A DNA stretch of 64,000 nt from a virus, in IMG/VR virus record IMGVR_UViG_3300047172_000052, positions 1-64,000 of that record. One strand, given 5' to 3'. The position numbers and the translations under genes are program-made. Within the stretch, counting starts at the first letter, position 1. The number at the start of each line of letters is the position of its first letter. Positions 18,170 to 29,974 of this stretch are shown one piece after another. The notes beneath the pieces were generated by a model. It was not told the origin of the DNA, searched no databases, and saw only the letters and a program-made list of their open reading frames with translations.

Positions 18170-18948
18170 GCATGATCACCTACGCACCGCAGGCTTTCGC
18201 CGGGAAGGCACACCAGGGAACCCACTACGTTCGCTACCGCGACGGCACGCGATCCATGCTCATGTCCAAGCGTGTCGCCCGATCCTACGCCAAGCTCTTC
18301 GGCGGCAGCGTCCACAACGCACGTCAGCCAAACGCCCTCGTGCGTGCCTTCCGGTGGGGGTTCCGCTGATGCCGATCTACGCCGACTGGATCATCGACTC
18401 CGTCCTGCTCGTCTCGCTCGTGTGGTGGCTGGTGCGCAGCGTATGAATCAATCAACCATCTCCCTTCCCCTCATCGTCTCCCACGCCCAGGCAGTCCGTC
18501 TGTTCGACAGCGTGAGGACTGGGCACAAGTCCGTTCGCTTTGCCGCCGCCATCCTGGACTGGACGCCGGAGCAGGTGCAGGTGTGCGCGTTCGGCGAGGT
18601 GGTGCAGTGCCACTCACCATCGACAAACTCCCTGGCCTGACGAAGGCAGCACTGGAAATCGCCTACGACAACGGCGGCATCAATCGAGGGCGCACGGAGG
18701 CAGACGCCGGGAAGGAACTGATCGACTTCCTTGCGAAGAGATACAACGCAATCTCACACACAGGTGTGCGGATTTCCGTTGCGCTGCAGTGGGCAGAGAT
18801 CGATCGGTGGCTCAACGCGCAGACGCCGGAAGACCTGCTCTGCATCTGTGCGGGCGACGACGAGGAGCAGGAACGCCTCCTAAAGGACGCACCCGCCGGC
18901 ACGGATGAACTGCTGAACGACATCTTCGAAGAGGTGTGCTGAGATAAA

Positions 18949-19000
18949 TACGCCTGACGCGTAGTTTGCTCTTGACGCACCGACCTTATGATGGCATACT
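18949..19000 (+). promoter_or_regulatory. Palindrome-type early promoter
   Basis: tacgcctgacgcgta, TTGACG, 17 bp, CATACT. Confidence 0.8.
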
Positions 19001-19480
19001 CCCCTCCATCAGCAAGGGAGCCCACGATGACCATCAACTCCGCCACCGACCACGGCTACAACATCAACTGGTCGATCAAAGTGCAGCCCGGTCTGCATGT
19101 GCGTGACGCCGACAGGAACTACATGAAGGTCGTTCGCCGGCACGCCGATGGCGTCTGGTGGGACTGCGAGTGGCTGGAAGGCCCGCACACCGGCAAGACC
19201 ATCGCGCGGCACCACGACGACATACTGGAGGACGCATACGCGCCATGACCCACTACCTGGACTCCCACGCCCGGCGCCAGGACCGCCGCATTGTCGACGC
19301 CATCCACACGATGAACAAGCTGGAGAAGCAGCGCGACAGCGTCGTCGAGGTCCTCTGCAAGTTTGTCGACCAATACGCCTATGAGCGCCACACGTGGCCT
19401 GACGACATGGTGGCGCTGCTGGACGAGGCGCACGGCGTGCTGAGCGAGGTTATGGGACAGGAAAGGAAGGACACCTAGAC

Positions 19481-19771
19481 ATGCCAGTCGTCTACGAATG
19501 GTGGGCCGGCGAGATCGACGCGCACGGCGACTGCTTGGAACTGCACTTCTTCAACAATCGCGCGGACGCAGAGCAGCACACCGCCATCAGTGACGACGCC
19601 GTCAAGGTCGACGTGGAACTGGTCCGCAGCGTGATCGAGGACGGCGACCTGATGGATCGGCAGTATGCCCGCATCGTCAACGGTGTGCTGCCCACTGAGT
19701 TCAATGGGGGTGCTACCGTGCCCAAGCGGTTCAACCCTGGCTGCAAACGAAAGGAGGAGGCCTGCCCATGA
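19481..19771 (+). CDS. Hypothetical protein
   Basis: RBS, codon bias, overlap coupling. Confidence 0.6.
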   Translation: MPVVYEWWAGEIDAHGDCLELHFFNNRADAEQHTAISDDAVKVDVELVRSVIEDGDLMDRQYARIVNGVLPTEFNGGATVPKRFNPGCKRKEEACP

Positions 19772-20336
19772 CAACCTCGACAACCCACCTCCACCTCTAC
19801 AAGGTCGACTACGATGTCCTGGCACCCGTCGACCGTCATCCGATCGGCCCGCGCCACTGCGTCGTGCAGGCCACCGATCCGCAGAACGCCAAGGTGATGG
19901 TCGCCATCGCCTACGATCGGCGACCGACCGAGGAGGCTTTCCGGTTCCGACGCATCGTGTTGGCGGGCAGCGTATGACCGCCTTCAACGTAGCCCGCGAG
20001 ACCATGCTGCGGGAGGTCGAACGCACCATGCGCGAGGAGGAGACGTTGCTGGCCCACATGATCCGACAGGACGATCCGGCGGTGACGTGGGGAGAGGCTA
20101 TGGAAAGGGCGTGCCGCGCGCTGGGGAGGCCAGTGAACCAATGAATACCTGCGCCACCTGCCGCTACAACGACGGTGTCTGGTTTCACGACGATTACGAC
20201 GACGTCGACATCCTGCTGTGCTCCATCCCCGAGGCGAAACTCCCGCTTTGCATGCGAGGCGTGGCGATGCGGGAGAAGCAGCCTGTGCGTGCCGATGCGA
20301 CCGGTTGTCCTATGTGGGAGATTGCCACGTAGTAAT

Positions 20337-20388
20337 TACGCCTGGGGCGTATTTGTCTCTTGACTTCCCACTTCCAAAATGGCATGAT
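20337..20388 (+). promoter_or_regulatory. Palindrome-type early promoter
   Basis: tacgcctggggcgta, TTGACT, 17 bp, CATGAT, then tcatcga. Confidence 0.75.
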
Positions 20389-20664
20389 GCCTTCATCGAG
20401 CGACACACATCGAAGGAGACGAAGTCACATGGCGATCACCAAGTCCCAAGTCTCACGCACCGCCGTCGACTGGTCGCGCTACGCCCAGGAGAATGTGTCG
20501 GTCGAGGTGAGCGGTGACACCCTCTATGGCTTCTGCCCCAGCGAGCTTGGCGCGCTCCGCCTCTACCACCAATATCGCGGCGCCAAGAACGTCCGCGCCT
20601 TCCTGTCGGCGGCTCATGGATGGGTCTTCGCGCTGGTGGTGAACTTCTCGGCGGAGGCACGCTG

Positions 20665-20982
20665 ATGAACAACCTCACCACCGTCGCAGCCACCATCCTC
20701 GATCAACTGGGCGACAACCGCTTCCTCGCCATGACCGGCGCCAGGAACCTCGTCGGCGGCGCTGACGACCTGCGGTTCCACCTGCCTCGCGTCAAGACCA
20801 AGTGGGGTGTCGCCGACCGCTTCTGGATCAAACTGGAAGCGGACGACACCTACACGCTGGAGGCTGGGCGCTACGATCACAAGGCCATGGAGGTGAAGCG
20901 CGTGTGCCGTGCGGAGACCATCTACGTGGAGAACCTGCAGGCGACGTTCACGACCATGACCGGGTTGAGGACGCGGCTGTGA
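20665..20982 (+). CDS. Conserved phage hypothetical protein
   Basis: ggagg RBS; A.TILDQLG..RF.AMTGA...DTY...IY...LQ..F...TGL.T.L family pattern. Confidence 0.7.
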   Translation: MNNLTTVAATILDQLGDNRFLAMTGARNLVGGADDLRFHLPRVKTKWGVADRFWIKLEADDTYTLEAGRYDHKAMEVKRVCRAETIYVENLQATFTTMTGLRTRL

Positions 20983-21351
20983 CCGAAGCTGAACGCAAGA
21001 AGGGCAAGCGCCTTCTCACGCGGCTGATCACCGCCACCGATCGATACATGCGTGTCCGCGAGCGCCTGAGCGCCAAGGCAGAGCGCAACGGCATGATCGG
21101 GCAATCGGACGTGAAGAAGGAGGATCAGGCGCAGGACGCCTACCTGAAGGCCCAGGCGGCGCTGGTGGAGTGGTTCGATAGGTGCTGAGATTCGCATCGT
21201 CCAGGAACCAACCAGCGACTCGTCACGCTACGCGTGGCGATGGTCGGTGCTGAGCAACGGTGTGGAACTGGCAACCGGAACCAACCTGCACCTGGAGCAT
21301 GCCTGCGACGCGGCGCGGCTGAGTCTTGCACTTGCATGCGCCGTAAAATAA

Positions 21352-21403
21352 TACGCCTGGGGCGCATTTCTCCGTTGACTCTCAATGCTGCTTGAGGCAT
21401 ACT
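21352..21403 (+). promoter_or_regulatory. Palindrome-type early promoter
   Basis: tacgcctggggcgca, TTGACT, 17 bp, CATACT. Confidence 0.75.
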
Positions 21404-22331
21404 CTGTCCATCGAAGCAGTGATGAACACAGTCAAGGAGATCGCCCCAGTGTCCCTCGCTACCCTGACCCGCGCCAAAGCCGAACACCTCTGCAACTGCT
21501 ACGGCGTCCGGCTCGTAGACTTCGAGGACGAGTTCCAGTTCGCACTGTCCTACGCGGCGAAGGGGCACAACCCGGTGGAACTGTTCGACGGCTATGTCGC
21601 CGAGACGGTGCGGGTGAACCGGGCCGATGAGCAGCAGGCGATCCTGGAGGAGGTGTGGTGATGCAATTCATCGTAACCCAGGCTATTATTCCTGGCAAGT
21701 TCACTTGGCAGGTCTGGTTCGGCTCTGACCTGGAGGGTGAATCCGACGAGCCTCTGGCATCCATGGAAGACGCGGCGGCACAAGCCATCAGGTGCATCAA
21801 AACACATTGGAGGTTCGCATGAACGTGCCGCAAGCTGCCAACACCAACGTCCCAGCCGCCACGCAGGGCCAGGGCTACTACCCCGAGCTTGGCGAGCGCC
21901 ACGACGGCACGGCCCTGTTCGAGCGCCACGTGGGCTACGGCGGCTATTGCCTGAAGTGGTCCGCCGATCGCCACCAGGAGGCGCTAGACACGTTCAAGGC
22001 TCTTCGCATCCGCCCGCGCTACATGGAGCCGTTCCGCTCCGACAAGACCGGCATCACGAAATGGTCGGCGGGTGTAACCTGGGAAGCCGGTCGGAAGCTC
22101 GACAAGCTGTCCGTGACTGAACTGCTGCTGGACTGAAAGGGAAACTCAAATGCGCCGCACCGCGATCCCATACCGCGACGCCGTCAAGTGGATTCTCGAC
22201 AACGACGACGTCACCTTCCTGGACGACGAATACGGGAGCCCTTCCGTTAGCGCATGCCTCGTCGCTGATATCTACCAGCGCCCTGTCGAGGAGGTGGTTG
22301 CGGAAATGCGGCAGCGGCGAGGGAGCACGCG

Positions 22332-22655
22332 ATGACCCAGGCCCTGACACCCCTCGAAGCCAAGGCCATCCGCCGGGCGGTAGGCGATGCCGCTGCCGGC
22401 GAGATGTATGGATTCTCGCACGACCTGTGTGGCGCCCTGAAGTCCGGGGAGGCAAAGCTCGTGGCTGCACCGGCACAGGCCGTCTGGGTGCCGTTCTCGC
22501 GCCAGGAATTGGACATCCTTCTGGATGCCGTCTCGAACGGCGCCGAGGGCGTCTTGCAGCCCTCCAGTGGCGTCAGCGCCGACCGTAAGAGGGCATTCCG
22601 TTCTGCCGCCAACCGGCTGATCGATGCTGGCGGCTTCACCATGCCACGGTTCTAG
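22332..22655 (+). CDS. Hypothetical protein
   Basis: RBS, ATGA coupling. Confidence 0.6.
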   Translation: MTQALTPLEAKAIRRAVGDAAAGEMYGFSHDLCGALKSGEAKLVAAPAQAVWVPFSRQELDILLDAVSNGAEGVLQPSSGVSADRKRAFRSAANRLIDAGGFTMPRF

Positions 22656-23218
22656 GAGGCGACATGACCAACGAGCTAACCGCCAAACAGCAGGAACGAA
22701 TCGACCACGCCTGGGATCAGGTCCAAATACGTGCCGCCCAGGCCCTCTCGGACGCGTCCTGTCACACGCTGGAGGACGCCCTGGTGATCATCAAGGAACT
22801 GGAGAAGAATGGCTGGACGATCCTCCAGAGCCCACTGCTGACCATCCTGCGAACAAACACGCCGCGCACGGAGATACGCGCCGATCGAGAGCCGGCGCCG
22901 ACTGTCACCGTGAGGGTCAAATGACCACCCGCACCGCCTACGTCATCATGTGCAACGACTACCCCGAGGCCGTCTGCATGGGCACCGAGGAGGAAGCGGA
23001 TACCCTCGCAAAGCGCCTGAAGGACGAGGATGTCGCCAAGTTCCGCAAGCACCTCGGTCCCAAGGCCACGCCGCCCTTCAAGCACTGGGCAGCACGCGTC
23101 GTGCCGGTGTGGCCTCCGGCGTAAATTATACGCCTGAAGAGTAACTCTCCTTGAATCCGGTCACTCGCCATGACATACTCCCCTTCATCGAGACCGAGTT
23201 CATGAAGGAGATCGTGCC

Positions 23219-23360
23219 GTGCGCAAGCCTCGTCGTCCTGCCCACAACCCCGTCGCGAAGGCCCTGGCGCACCCGGTGTGCCGCCCCCCGCGTCGTCGAG
23301 GTGAAGACGCGCTACCGGCGCCGGCCCAAGCATGTCAACACCACCAGCGAGAAGGAGTGA
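23219..23360 (+). pseudogene. Frameshifted small basic protein resembling ArfA-like phage peptides
   Basis: Removing one C from the C6 run (23284-23289) gives MRKPRRPAHNPVAKALAHPVCRPRVVEVKTRYRRRPKH...; follows a promoter and aaggag RBS. Confidence 0.5.
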
Positions 23361-23967
23361 TCGCATGTCCCGCCGCCGCGCGCCGTTCCGCCCCGACGTC
23401 GAGCCCGTCCTCGTCAACGACCCCTCCAGGAAAGGTGAGATCGCCTGCTCGAAGGAGGTGTTCGGTGACCACAGCCGCTACGCGGTCTACGCCGTCCACA
23501 CCCGCTTCGATGCGGTGCATTGGGTCGTAGCGGACGCCGAGACGATCGATCCGGTGACCGGGGAATACTGCGCCTGGATACGACAGGGCGACAGCAAGAA
23601 GGAAGTTCTGGAGGGTCTGGTATGATGCCCAGGTCGCCAAACACCTCGCTGACATGATGTGCAGCGACCTGAACGCAGGGGTTGAATAATCCCTCTTGAC
23701 ATCGATTCGAGCCGGATACGCTATGTCCTAAACCAAACACGGCTAGGATAGCGCCTGTGGCCTACGTAAATGCCACTATTACCACTCCCCAGGCTGGCGG
23801 CTACTATGTGCGAGGCGTATTCTCGAAGGTCGATGTTTTAACAGGTTACGCAGTCTACACGCGTGAGGGTGAAGTGTATGCAGTCTTCGACATCGGGATT
23901 GACCACTGGTCCGTCGCTTTGCGCTTGGCGCACGAGGCCAAGAACAGGCTCAACAATGGAGGTGAGA

Positions 23968-24237
23968 TTGTCGCACCGCTACGTTCCTCTCTATCGACCG
24001 GCACACTGGTCGACGCTCCCCCGCGATGTCAACTTCGTCCTAGTCGAGGCGGAGCATGCCAACGCGCATTTGAAGCCGAATCTTCCCAGGTCGAAATACA
24101 CCTTTGGTGTAATCAAGACAAACAGGGAGCTTCTTCCTGTCGAGTGCGAAATCTATCAACTGAAACCGGTGGAAGGCATTGACCAAAATGGCAACGTCCC
24201 AGAAACGGAAGGCGCTCTTCACTCCACGACAGCGTGA
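23968..24237 (+). CDS. DarA_C-like small domain protein
   Basis: ggagg RBS and TTG; Y...YRP....TLP...FGVI...REL...E...YQLKP. Confidence 0.4.
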   Translation: MSHRYVPLYRPAHWSTLPRDVNFVLVEAEHANAHLKPNLPRSKYTFGVIKTNRELLPVECEIYQLKPVEGIDQNGNVPETEGALHSTTA

Positions 24238-24705
24238 CCTGATACTTCTGGCCTTCAAGACGACGTCGGAAGACGGTTCGATCTACGGCGAGATTAACAC
24301 GGATGCTGGAATCCGCCGGATCAACCGAGAAGTCAACGAGATCGAGCAGATCGTCAAGGAGAACACCGGCTGATGTCGACGAAGAAGAAGGGAGTGCTCA
24401 CCACCAGCGGAGAATGGGCGCGGCACCTCCGCGCCTGGGGCAAGCGTGCGTTCTGGCGCAAGGAGCGCCGCGCCTCGAAGAAGGGGGTGCATCAAGAGCT
24501 ACGCGCCCGCTAACCACGGGCTAGTCCGGACGTCAGGATGAAGAAGGGGATTGGTCTCCCCATGGCAGGCTTGCGTTGGTGGGGAGGTGTGGAGAGGGGA
24601 AGCCCTCGTGGAAGCACCTACCCTTATTTTGCCTGAGGCGTATTTCATATTTGCGCCGACGCGTGACTTCCGCTATCATTCCGTCATCGAGAACGACAGA
24701 AGGAG

Positions 24706-25050
24706 TTGCGAAGGGTGAGCATTCGGCGGATCGGTAAATGTAGCGCGTGCAAGCAAGTGTCGGCACGCGACTATACCGAGACCAAACCATTCCGCGTGGG
24801 CTTCGGCATGCGTGACACCATCGTCTACGGGCGCATCATCAACGGTCTGTTTCGCCGAGCTAGCGAGGATACCCAGTGTCCTCGTTGCCTCGCTTGGCAT
24901 AGCTGGAACGCCAAGCGCATCCAGGGCTTCCAGACCGAGCACGAGTGCAACGTGAAGTGCATGTCGAGCAAGGGTCCGTCATGCGAGTGCTCCTGCGGCG
25001 GTGCGAACCATGGCAAGTCCTGGATCGTGTGCGAAGCGGTGGCAGCATGA
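24706..25050 (+). CDS. Cys-rich putative zinc-binding protein
   Basis: CSAC, CPRC, C...C....G..CECSCGG.NHG; follows a palindrome promoter (24628). Confidence 0.7.
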   Translation: MRRVSIRRIGKCSACKQVSARDYTETKPFRVGFGMRDTIVYGRIINGLFRRASEDTQCPRCLAWHSWNAKRIQGFQTEHECNVKCMSSKGPSCECSCGGANHGKSWIVCEAVAA

Positions 25051-25087
25051 TCGCTCCGAGATACGCCCTCTCTCATGGAGACACCGA

Positions 25088-25714
25088 GTTACAGAATACC
25101 ACAAGATCGACACCGTCTATAAGCGCGATATGACAGCGCCGAAGAACCCGCTGATCATCGGCGACTGGACCCACCCCGAGTTCGAGTTCCTGGCGAACAA
25201 TGTATGGGTCTTCACCGAGAAGGTCGACGGCACCAACATCCGCGTCATCTTCGACGAGACCGGCATCAGCTTCGGCGGCAGGACCGACGCAGCGCAGATT
25301 CAGACGTCGCTGCTGACGCGTCTACAGGACCGCTTCCAGAACGAGGAGGAGACGTTCGCCGCGAAGTTTCCCCATGGTGCCGTGCTCTATGGTGAGGGTT
25401 ACGGCGCCAAGATTCAGAAGGGCGGTGGAAACTACCGCCAGGATCAGGACTTCGTTCTGTTCGATGTCAAGATCGGCGACTGGTGGCTCCAGCGTTCCGA
25501 TGTCGAAGACATCGGCAGGAGCCTCGGGCTGGATGTCGTTCCCATAACAGGCACCGGCACGCTGCACCAAGCCATTCTCTACACCTGAGGAGGGTTCACG
25601 TCCCGGTGGGGAAACTTTACCGCCGAGGGGATCGTAGCGCGCCCCATGGTGGAACTGAAGACGCGCGCCGGTCACCGGATCATCACGAAGATCAAACACC
25701 GGGACTTCAACTGA
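25088..25714 (+). pseudogene. Rnl2-like RNA ligase interrupted by an in-frame TGA
   Basis: YHKI, motif I TEKVDGTN, LYGE, F.LFDV; TGA at 25586-25588, then in-frame EGIVARP and KIK; expected start codon reads GTT. Confidence 0.8.
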
Positions 25715-25753
25715 ACCAATCCTAGCCTTCAACCCAACACAAGGAGACTTCGA

Positions 25754-26092
25754 ATGACCCTCTTCAAGAAGAACGTCGCCGACCTCGGCGTCGCGACATC
25801 GCTTCCCGGCATCCGCCTGGGAAACAAGGTCAAGGACTCGATCAGTGGCATCGAGGGGCTCGTCACGGCCCGCTTCGAATACCTCTACGGATGCGTCCGC
25901 TGCGAGGTGCAGCCGGAAGGCGTCGACAAGGACGGCAAGCCGTTCGAGAGCATCGTCGTGGACGAGCAGCGTCTGTCCCTCGTCAAGCCGACGAAGCCGA
26001 AGGTCAGCAGCGACAGCACGCCCGGCATCCCCGGCGGCCCCCGTGACGCCCCACGCGGTCGCACGGCGCCCAAGGCGAACAGCCGGCGCTGA
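25754..26092 (+). CDS. Conserved phage protein (SH3/KOW-like)
   Basis: LG.KVKD.ISG.EG.VTAR.EYLYGC....VQP...DEQRL; aaggag RBS. Confidence 0.7.
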   Translation: MTLFKKNVADLGVATSLPGIRLGNKVKDSISGIEGLVTARFEYLYGCVRCEVQPEGVDKDGKPFESIVVDEQRLSLVKPTKPKVSSDSTPGIPGGPRDAPRGRTAPKANSRR

Positions 26093-26104
26093 CCGACTAC
26101 GCCT

Positions 26105-26160
26105 GCCGCGTGCGTCATTATGTGGTGGCGCACGCGGCGCGGGTGGTTTAACTTTTCTTC
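26105..26160 (+). terminator. Putative intrinsic terminator
   Basis: 13-bp stem gccgcgtgcgtca/tggcgcacgcggc followed by T-rich sequence. Confidence 0.45.
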
Positions 26161-26470
26161 ACGCCTAGTTTGGTAGGGAGGAACCATGACGCTGAAAACG
26201 CGCGAGGAGCGCAGCATGAACGGTCACCTGTTCTTCGCCTTCTGGCGTGAGGTGAACGACATCCTATTCCAGAGAGGGCACGACGGTGTGATGTTCGCCA
26301 GGGCCTCGACCCTGTGGGACGCAACCAAGTGCGCCGACAAGGCGGCTGACCTCGTTCTGGCGACAGCGATGGTCGACATTTAATACGCCTGAGGCGTTTT
26401 TTCTTCTTGCGTCGTCACCCATCCTGACGTATAGTCCTCCTCATCGAGACAGTGAGGAGGGCCATCCGAT

Positions 26471-27295
26471 ATGACCACCTACTTCTTCCGCCACGGCGCT
26501 GAGTTTACCGGCACCCCGCGCGTCAGCACGAGCGGCAAGGTCTACACGGTGGTTCAGGACAAGTGCCACCGTTGCGGTGGTCAGGGTGGCTCCGACGCCT
26601 GGAAGCACACCGGTTGGACGTGCTATCGCTGCGGCGGTGGATGTTTCGAGGCGCCGCGCCAGGAGCCTCTCTATACCGCTGAGAAGCTCGCCAAGCTGAA
26701 CGCCATCAAGGCGAAGGCCGATGCGCGCCGCGCCGCGAAGCATGAGGCGAAAGAGGCTGCGCTGCGCATTGAAGCCGAGGCGAAGCGCGCCGCCTTCGAG
26801 GCCGAGTTCGCCGACGTGTTGCCCTGGCTCTCCGCTCAGGATCACGAGAGCAATGAGTTCTTCGCCTCGCTGTGGCGCTGTGCCACACGCCTCGCTGCCT
26901 TCACGCCGGCACAGGCCGACGCCCTGCGTGCCGCCAAGGCCCGCTCCGACGCGGAGAATGCCAAGCGCGCGTCCTCCGATCACGCGGGCGCCGTGGGCGA
27001 GCGCATCACGATCACCGCGACGATCGAGCGCGTGAACAGCTTCGAGCGTCCTGCGTTCAACGCCTCCTGGGCGAAGGAGACTGTGTGGATCAGCGCGTTG
27101 CGCGACACCGCCGGCAACGTCCTGGTCCTGAAGAGCGGCACCTACCTGGGCCAGAAGGGCTCCAGCATCGTCCTGAAGGCGACGGTGAAGGAGCACGGCG
27201 ACTACAAGGGGGAGAAGCAGACGATCATCCAGCGCCCTCACGTGATCAGCTTGGTCGAGCACCAGGACGATGCGGGGGAGGCTCTGGCGGCATGA
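26471..27295 (+). CDS. Zn-finger plus C-terminal OB-fold-like nucleic-acid-binding protein
   Basis: CHRCGGQG...CYRCGGG; G.VGERI...LKATVKEH..YKGEKQT...RP; palindrome promoter at 26384. Confidence 0.7.
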   Translation: MTTYFFRHGAEFTGTPRVSTSGKVYTVVQDKCHRCGGQGGSDAWKHTGWTCYRCGGGCFEAPRQEPLYTAEKLAKLNAIKAKADARRAAKHEAKEAALRIEAEAKRAAFEAEFADVLPWLSAQDHESNEFFASLWRCATRLAAFTPAQADALRAAKARSDAENAKRASSDHAGAVGERITITATIERVNSFERPAFNASWAKETVWISALRDTAGNVLVLKSGTYLGQKGSSIVLKATVKEHGDYKGEKQTIIQRPHVISLVEHQDDAGEALAA

Positions 27296-27925
27296 GACAA
27301 CCTAGCATCTACACGCTATCGGTTCGCTTCCTGTCGAATGAGCGCCCGTTTTCAACTGTGTATGATCCGTGGCCTCAGATGATCGAATCAGATGAGCGAG
27401 CTAAGGAATGGGCTGCAGGCATGCAGGAAAGTCTGCACGGCTATGAATGCACCTTGCTCAAGAACGGGCAGCCGATGGCGGCTTAGGCTTTACCTCGCCA
27501 CACTTCGCACAGTGCAACCAGTGCCGGTAGTTCGACCAGCCACACCCACACTTCCACGTCATGGGTGTGGCTTGTTCAGCGGATTCTTGCAGATGCGACA
27601 CACCTCATAGTATTCGCCGTAGCCAAACCCCAGGCACTCCCATCCGTCGCCCAGGCAGGCACCGCAGACCTTTGGCTGTTCGACCTGGGCAGGCGACGGC
27701 TTCGGCTCGAAGTCCTTCATGCGTTTGGCGATGTCTGCGAAGTCGAACACGATGCTCATGCGTCCCCCGTCTCGATACGCCGTCGCACCCTCGGAATCGC
27801 GGATAGCAATTCACGGTGACGGACGGGAAATTCCTCTGGGTTCGTGCGTCCTAGTTCCGCGAGCAATGCCTTCAGCTTCTCCTCGTCGCTTACTTCGGCT
27901 GGGAGCGGAGGCAATTTCAAGCGTC

Positions 27926-28231
27926 TCAGCATTCGAACCTCTCTTTGAGGATCGCCAGACCTTCTGCCGGCGTCACCAATGGCGCTGAATGATCGCGGTG
28001 GCGCAGCGTCATCATCAGGCCGCAATCGCGCCACGTGATCTCCAAGGCGCCCAAGGAAAGCGCCTTCGCCTTCATCGACAGGCAGATGTCGTAGTGGTCT
28101 CCTTGATACCAGCGTCGCGCCACGCCGATCGCTTTCGCCATCGCATGAAGCTCCTGATCGGTGGTGGCGATCATGTGGCACATCTTCATGCGCCTGAACG
28201 GTGCGTTCATGTCGTCTACATACACTGGCAT
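27926..28231 (-). CDS. DUF4031 family protein
   Basis: VYVDD......MCHM.A....ELH.MA..IG..R.W.Q.DHYDI. Confidence 0.8.
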   Translation of the reverse strand: MPVYVDDMNAPFRRMKMCHMIATTDQELHAMAKAIGVARRWYQGDHYDICLSMKAKALSLGALEITWRDCGLMMTLRHRDHSAPLVTPAEGLAILKERFEC

Positions 28232-29566
28232 TACATGATGGCCTACTGTTTCTCGTTGACGATCTACGCCTGAGGCGGTATGGTGTCAACCGAAAACGTA
28301 AGTGGAGGTGACATGGCGACGTCGAGGGACGATGAGATTCGGCGCCTGATCAAAGCAGCCAACGAAGTCGCCACGATGCAGAACCACGCCATCGTGCCGG
28401 ACGCGCACAAGCTGCGCCTCCTTGGCGCCAGCGAGGCGCTGATCAATGAGGTGTGTCTGCCGGAGCCCATCAGGCTGCGCGAAGCCCTGCGGCTCACACA
28501 CGATCAGGTCAAACGGCTGCAGCACCGACTGGCCTACTCCGGCGGCATCGATCCCAGAACCTTGGTGGACGAGGTCGCTGCGGAACTGGGGTCCATCCGT
28601 GGCGGCTTGTCGGCCTTCGTGCATGGTGAACCCGTCGATGGCACATAAGCCCTGGCGTGAAAACCAATCCGACGCCGACTTCATCGCCTCCCTCGACGAC
28701 ATCAAGACCCCGAGGGAGGCATTGGAGTGCCTTGACGCTCACACTCAATACTACGGAGACCCTTACTACACACCTCTCGTGGCGGCGGTCGACCGGATGG
28801 TAGACCGCGTTCTGAAGGAGAATCCAGCATGAGCATCATCGACGGGCTACAAGTGGAAGAAGCACAGTTCACCACCGAAGATGCTTTTGAATACTGGATC
28901 GATGCCTTTGGCATGGGATGGTGGCCTGACGAAACGCCTGTCGACCTGGGCGAAGCTCAGGCGAATGCGATCGGCTTCGCGAGCTTCGACGGTGCGCTGG
29001 CTGGCTGAATACGCCTGCCTGTCCTGTGATGCTTCCTGGACAGCGCAAGCAGGCCCTACACAATGCGCGAGGTGTGGCACCCTCTACGTGCGCTGGCTGA
29101 ACTACGAAACACTGGCGAAGGAGAACGCTGTTGGACGTCGAATACCCATACTGGCTGGTCACCAAGGGCAAGGCACCAAACGATAAGGTGCCCAGGGGCT
29201 ACACGCCGCTGCTTCTCCTGCCGCGCGCCGAGGTGACGCTGCGGGAGCTTGCGCAGCGTGCCCTAGCGGACGCGAAGCACCGTGCCACGATCCTGCTGGT
29301 GGACAAGGACAACACGGTCGACGTTCTGAAGGAGATGGGGAGCGCCTACATGGCGGATCACCTGTCGAACCTGTGGGTGTCCCAGGTGCGGCTCACGTCC
29401 TCCTCTCTCGAATGCGATGTGTGGAAGGAGGAGGCCACGCTATGGCGTCTGGTAGGTCACAGGCAGGCGCCCAGGTGGCAAGGGCCGGCAGACGGGGTGA
29501 TCCCCCGCGAGACGCCTGTGACAGTCCGCAGCCGCGCCCTGGCGCCGTTCAAACTGGAGGGGATCG

Positions 29567-29974
29567 ATGGATAGTCCGTGTCCCTGTGGCCTTCAGGAGG
29601 GGCTGATTTGCCGCCGCCCTCGGTGTCTGATGAAGCCCGCTCCGAAGCCGGAGGAACTGGCGAAACGAGGCACGCCGGACCTCGTGAGCGGATGGCACCC
29701 GATGTCCGACCCGGTCGACCTGAAGCACATGGGGAAGCTCCTGGAGGAGCTAGGCGAGGCCGTCGCAGCCGGCGCCCGCTGTCTGATCCAATGTATCGAC
29801 CAGTGCGAGCCGGTGACCGGCAAGCCGAACAAGGAATGGCTGGAGGAGGAACTGTCGGACGTCATCACCAATATCAATCTGGTGTGCCATCGGTTCGGCC
29901 TGGACAAGGAACGCATGATGGCGCGTGGCGGGATCAAGACCAGGAAACTCCAACTCTGGCATAGCATGGCATGA
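29567..29974 (+). CDS. MazG-like NTP pyrophosphohydrolase
   Basis: KLLEELGE...LEEELSDV. Confidence 0.6.
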   Translation: MDSPCPCGLQEGLICRRPRCLMKPAPKPEELAKRGTPDLVSGWHPMSDPVDLKHMGKLLEELGEAVAAGARCLIQCIDQCEPVTGKPNKEWLEEELSDVITNINLVCHRFGLDKERMMARGGIKTRKLQLWHSMA

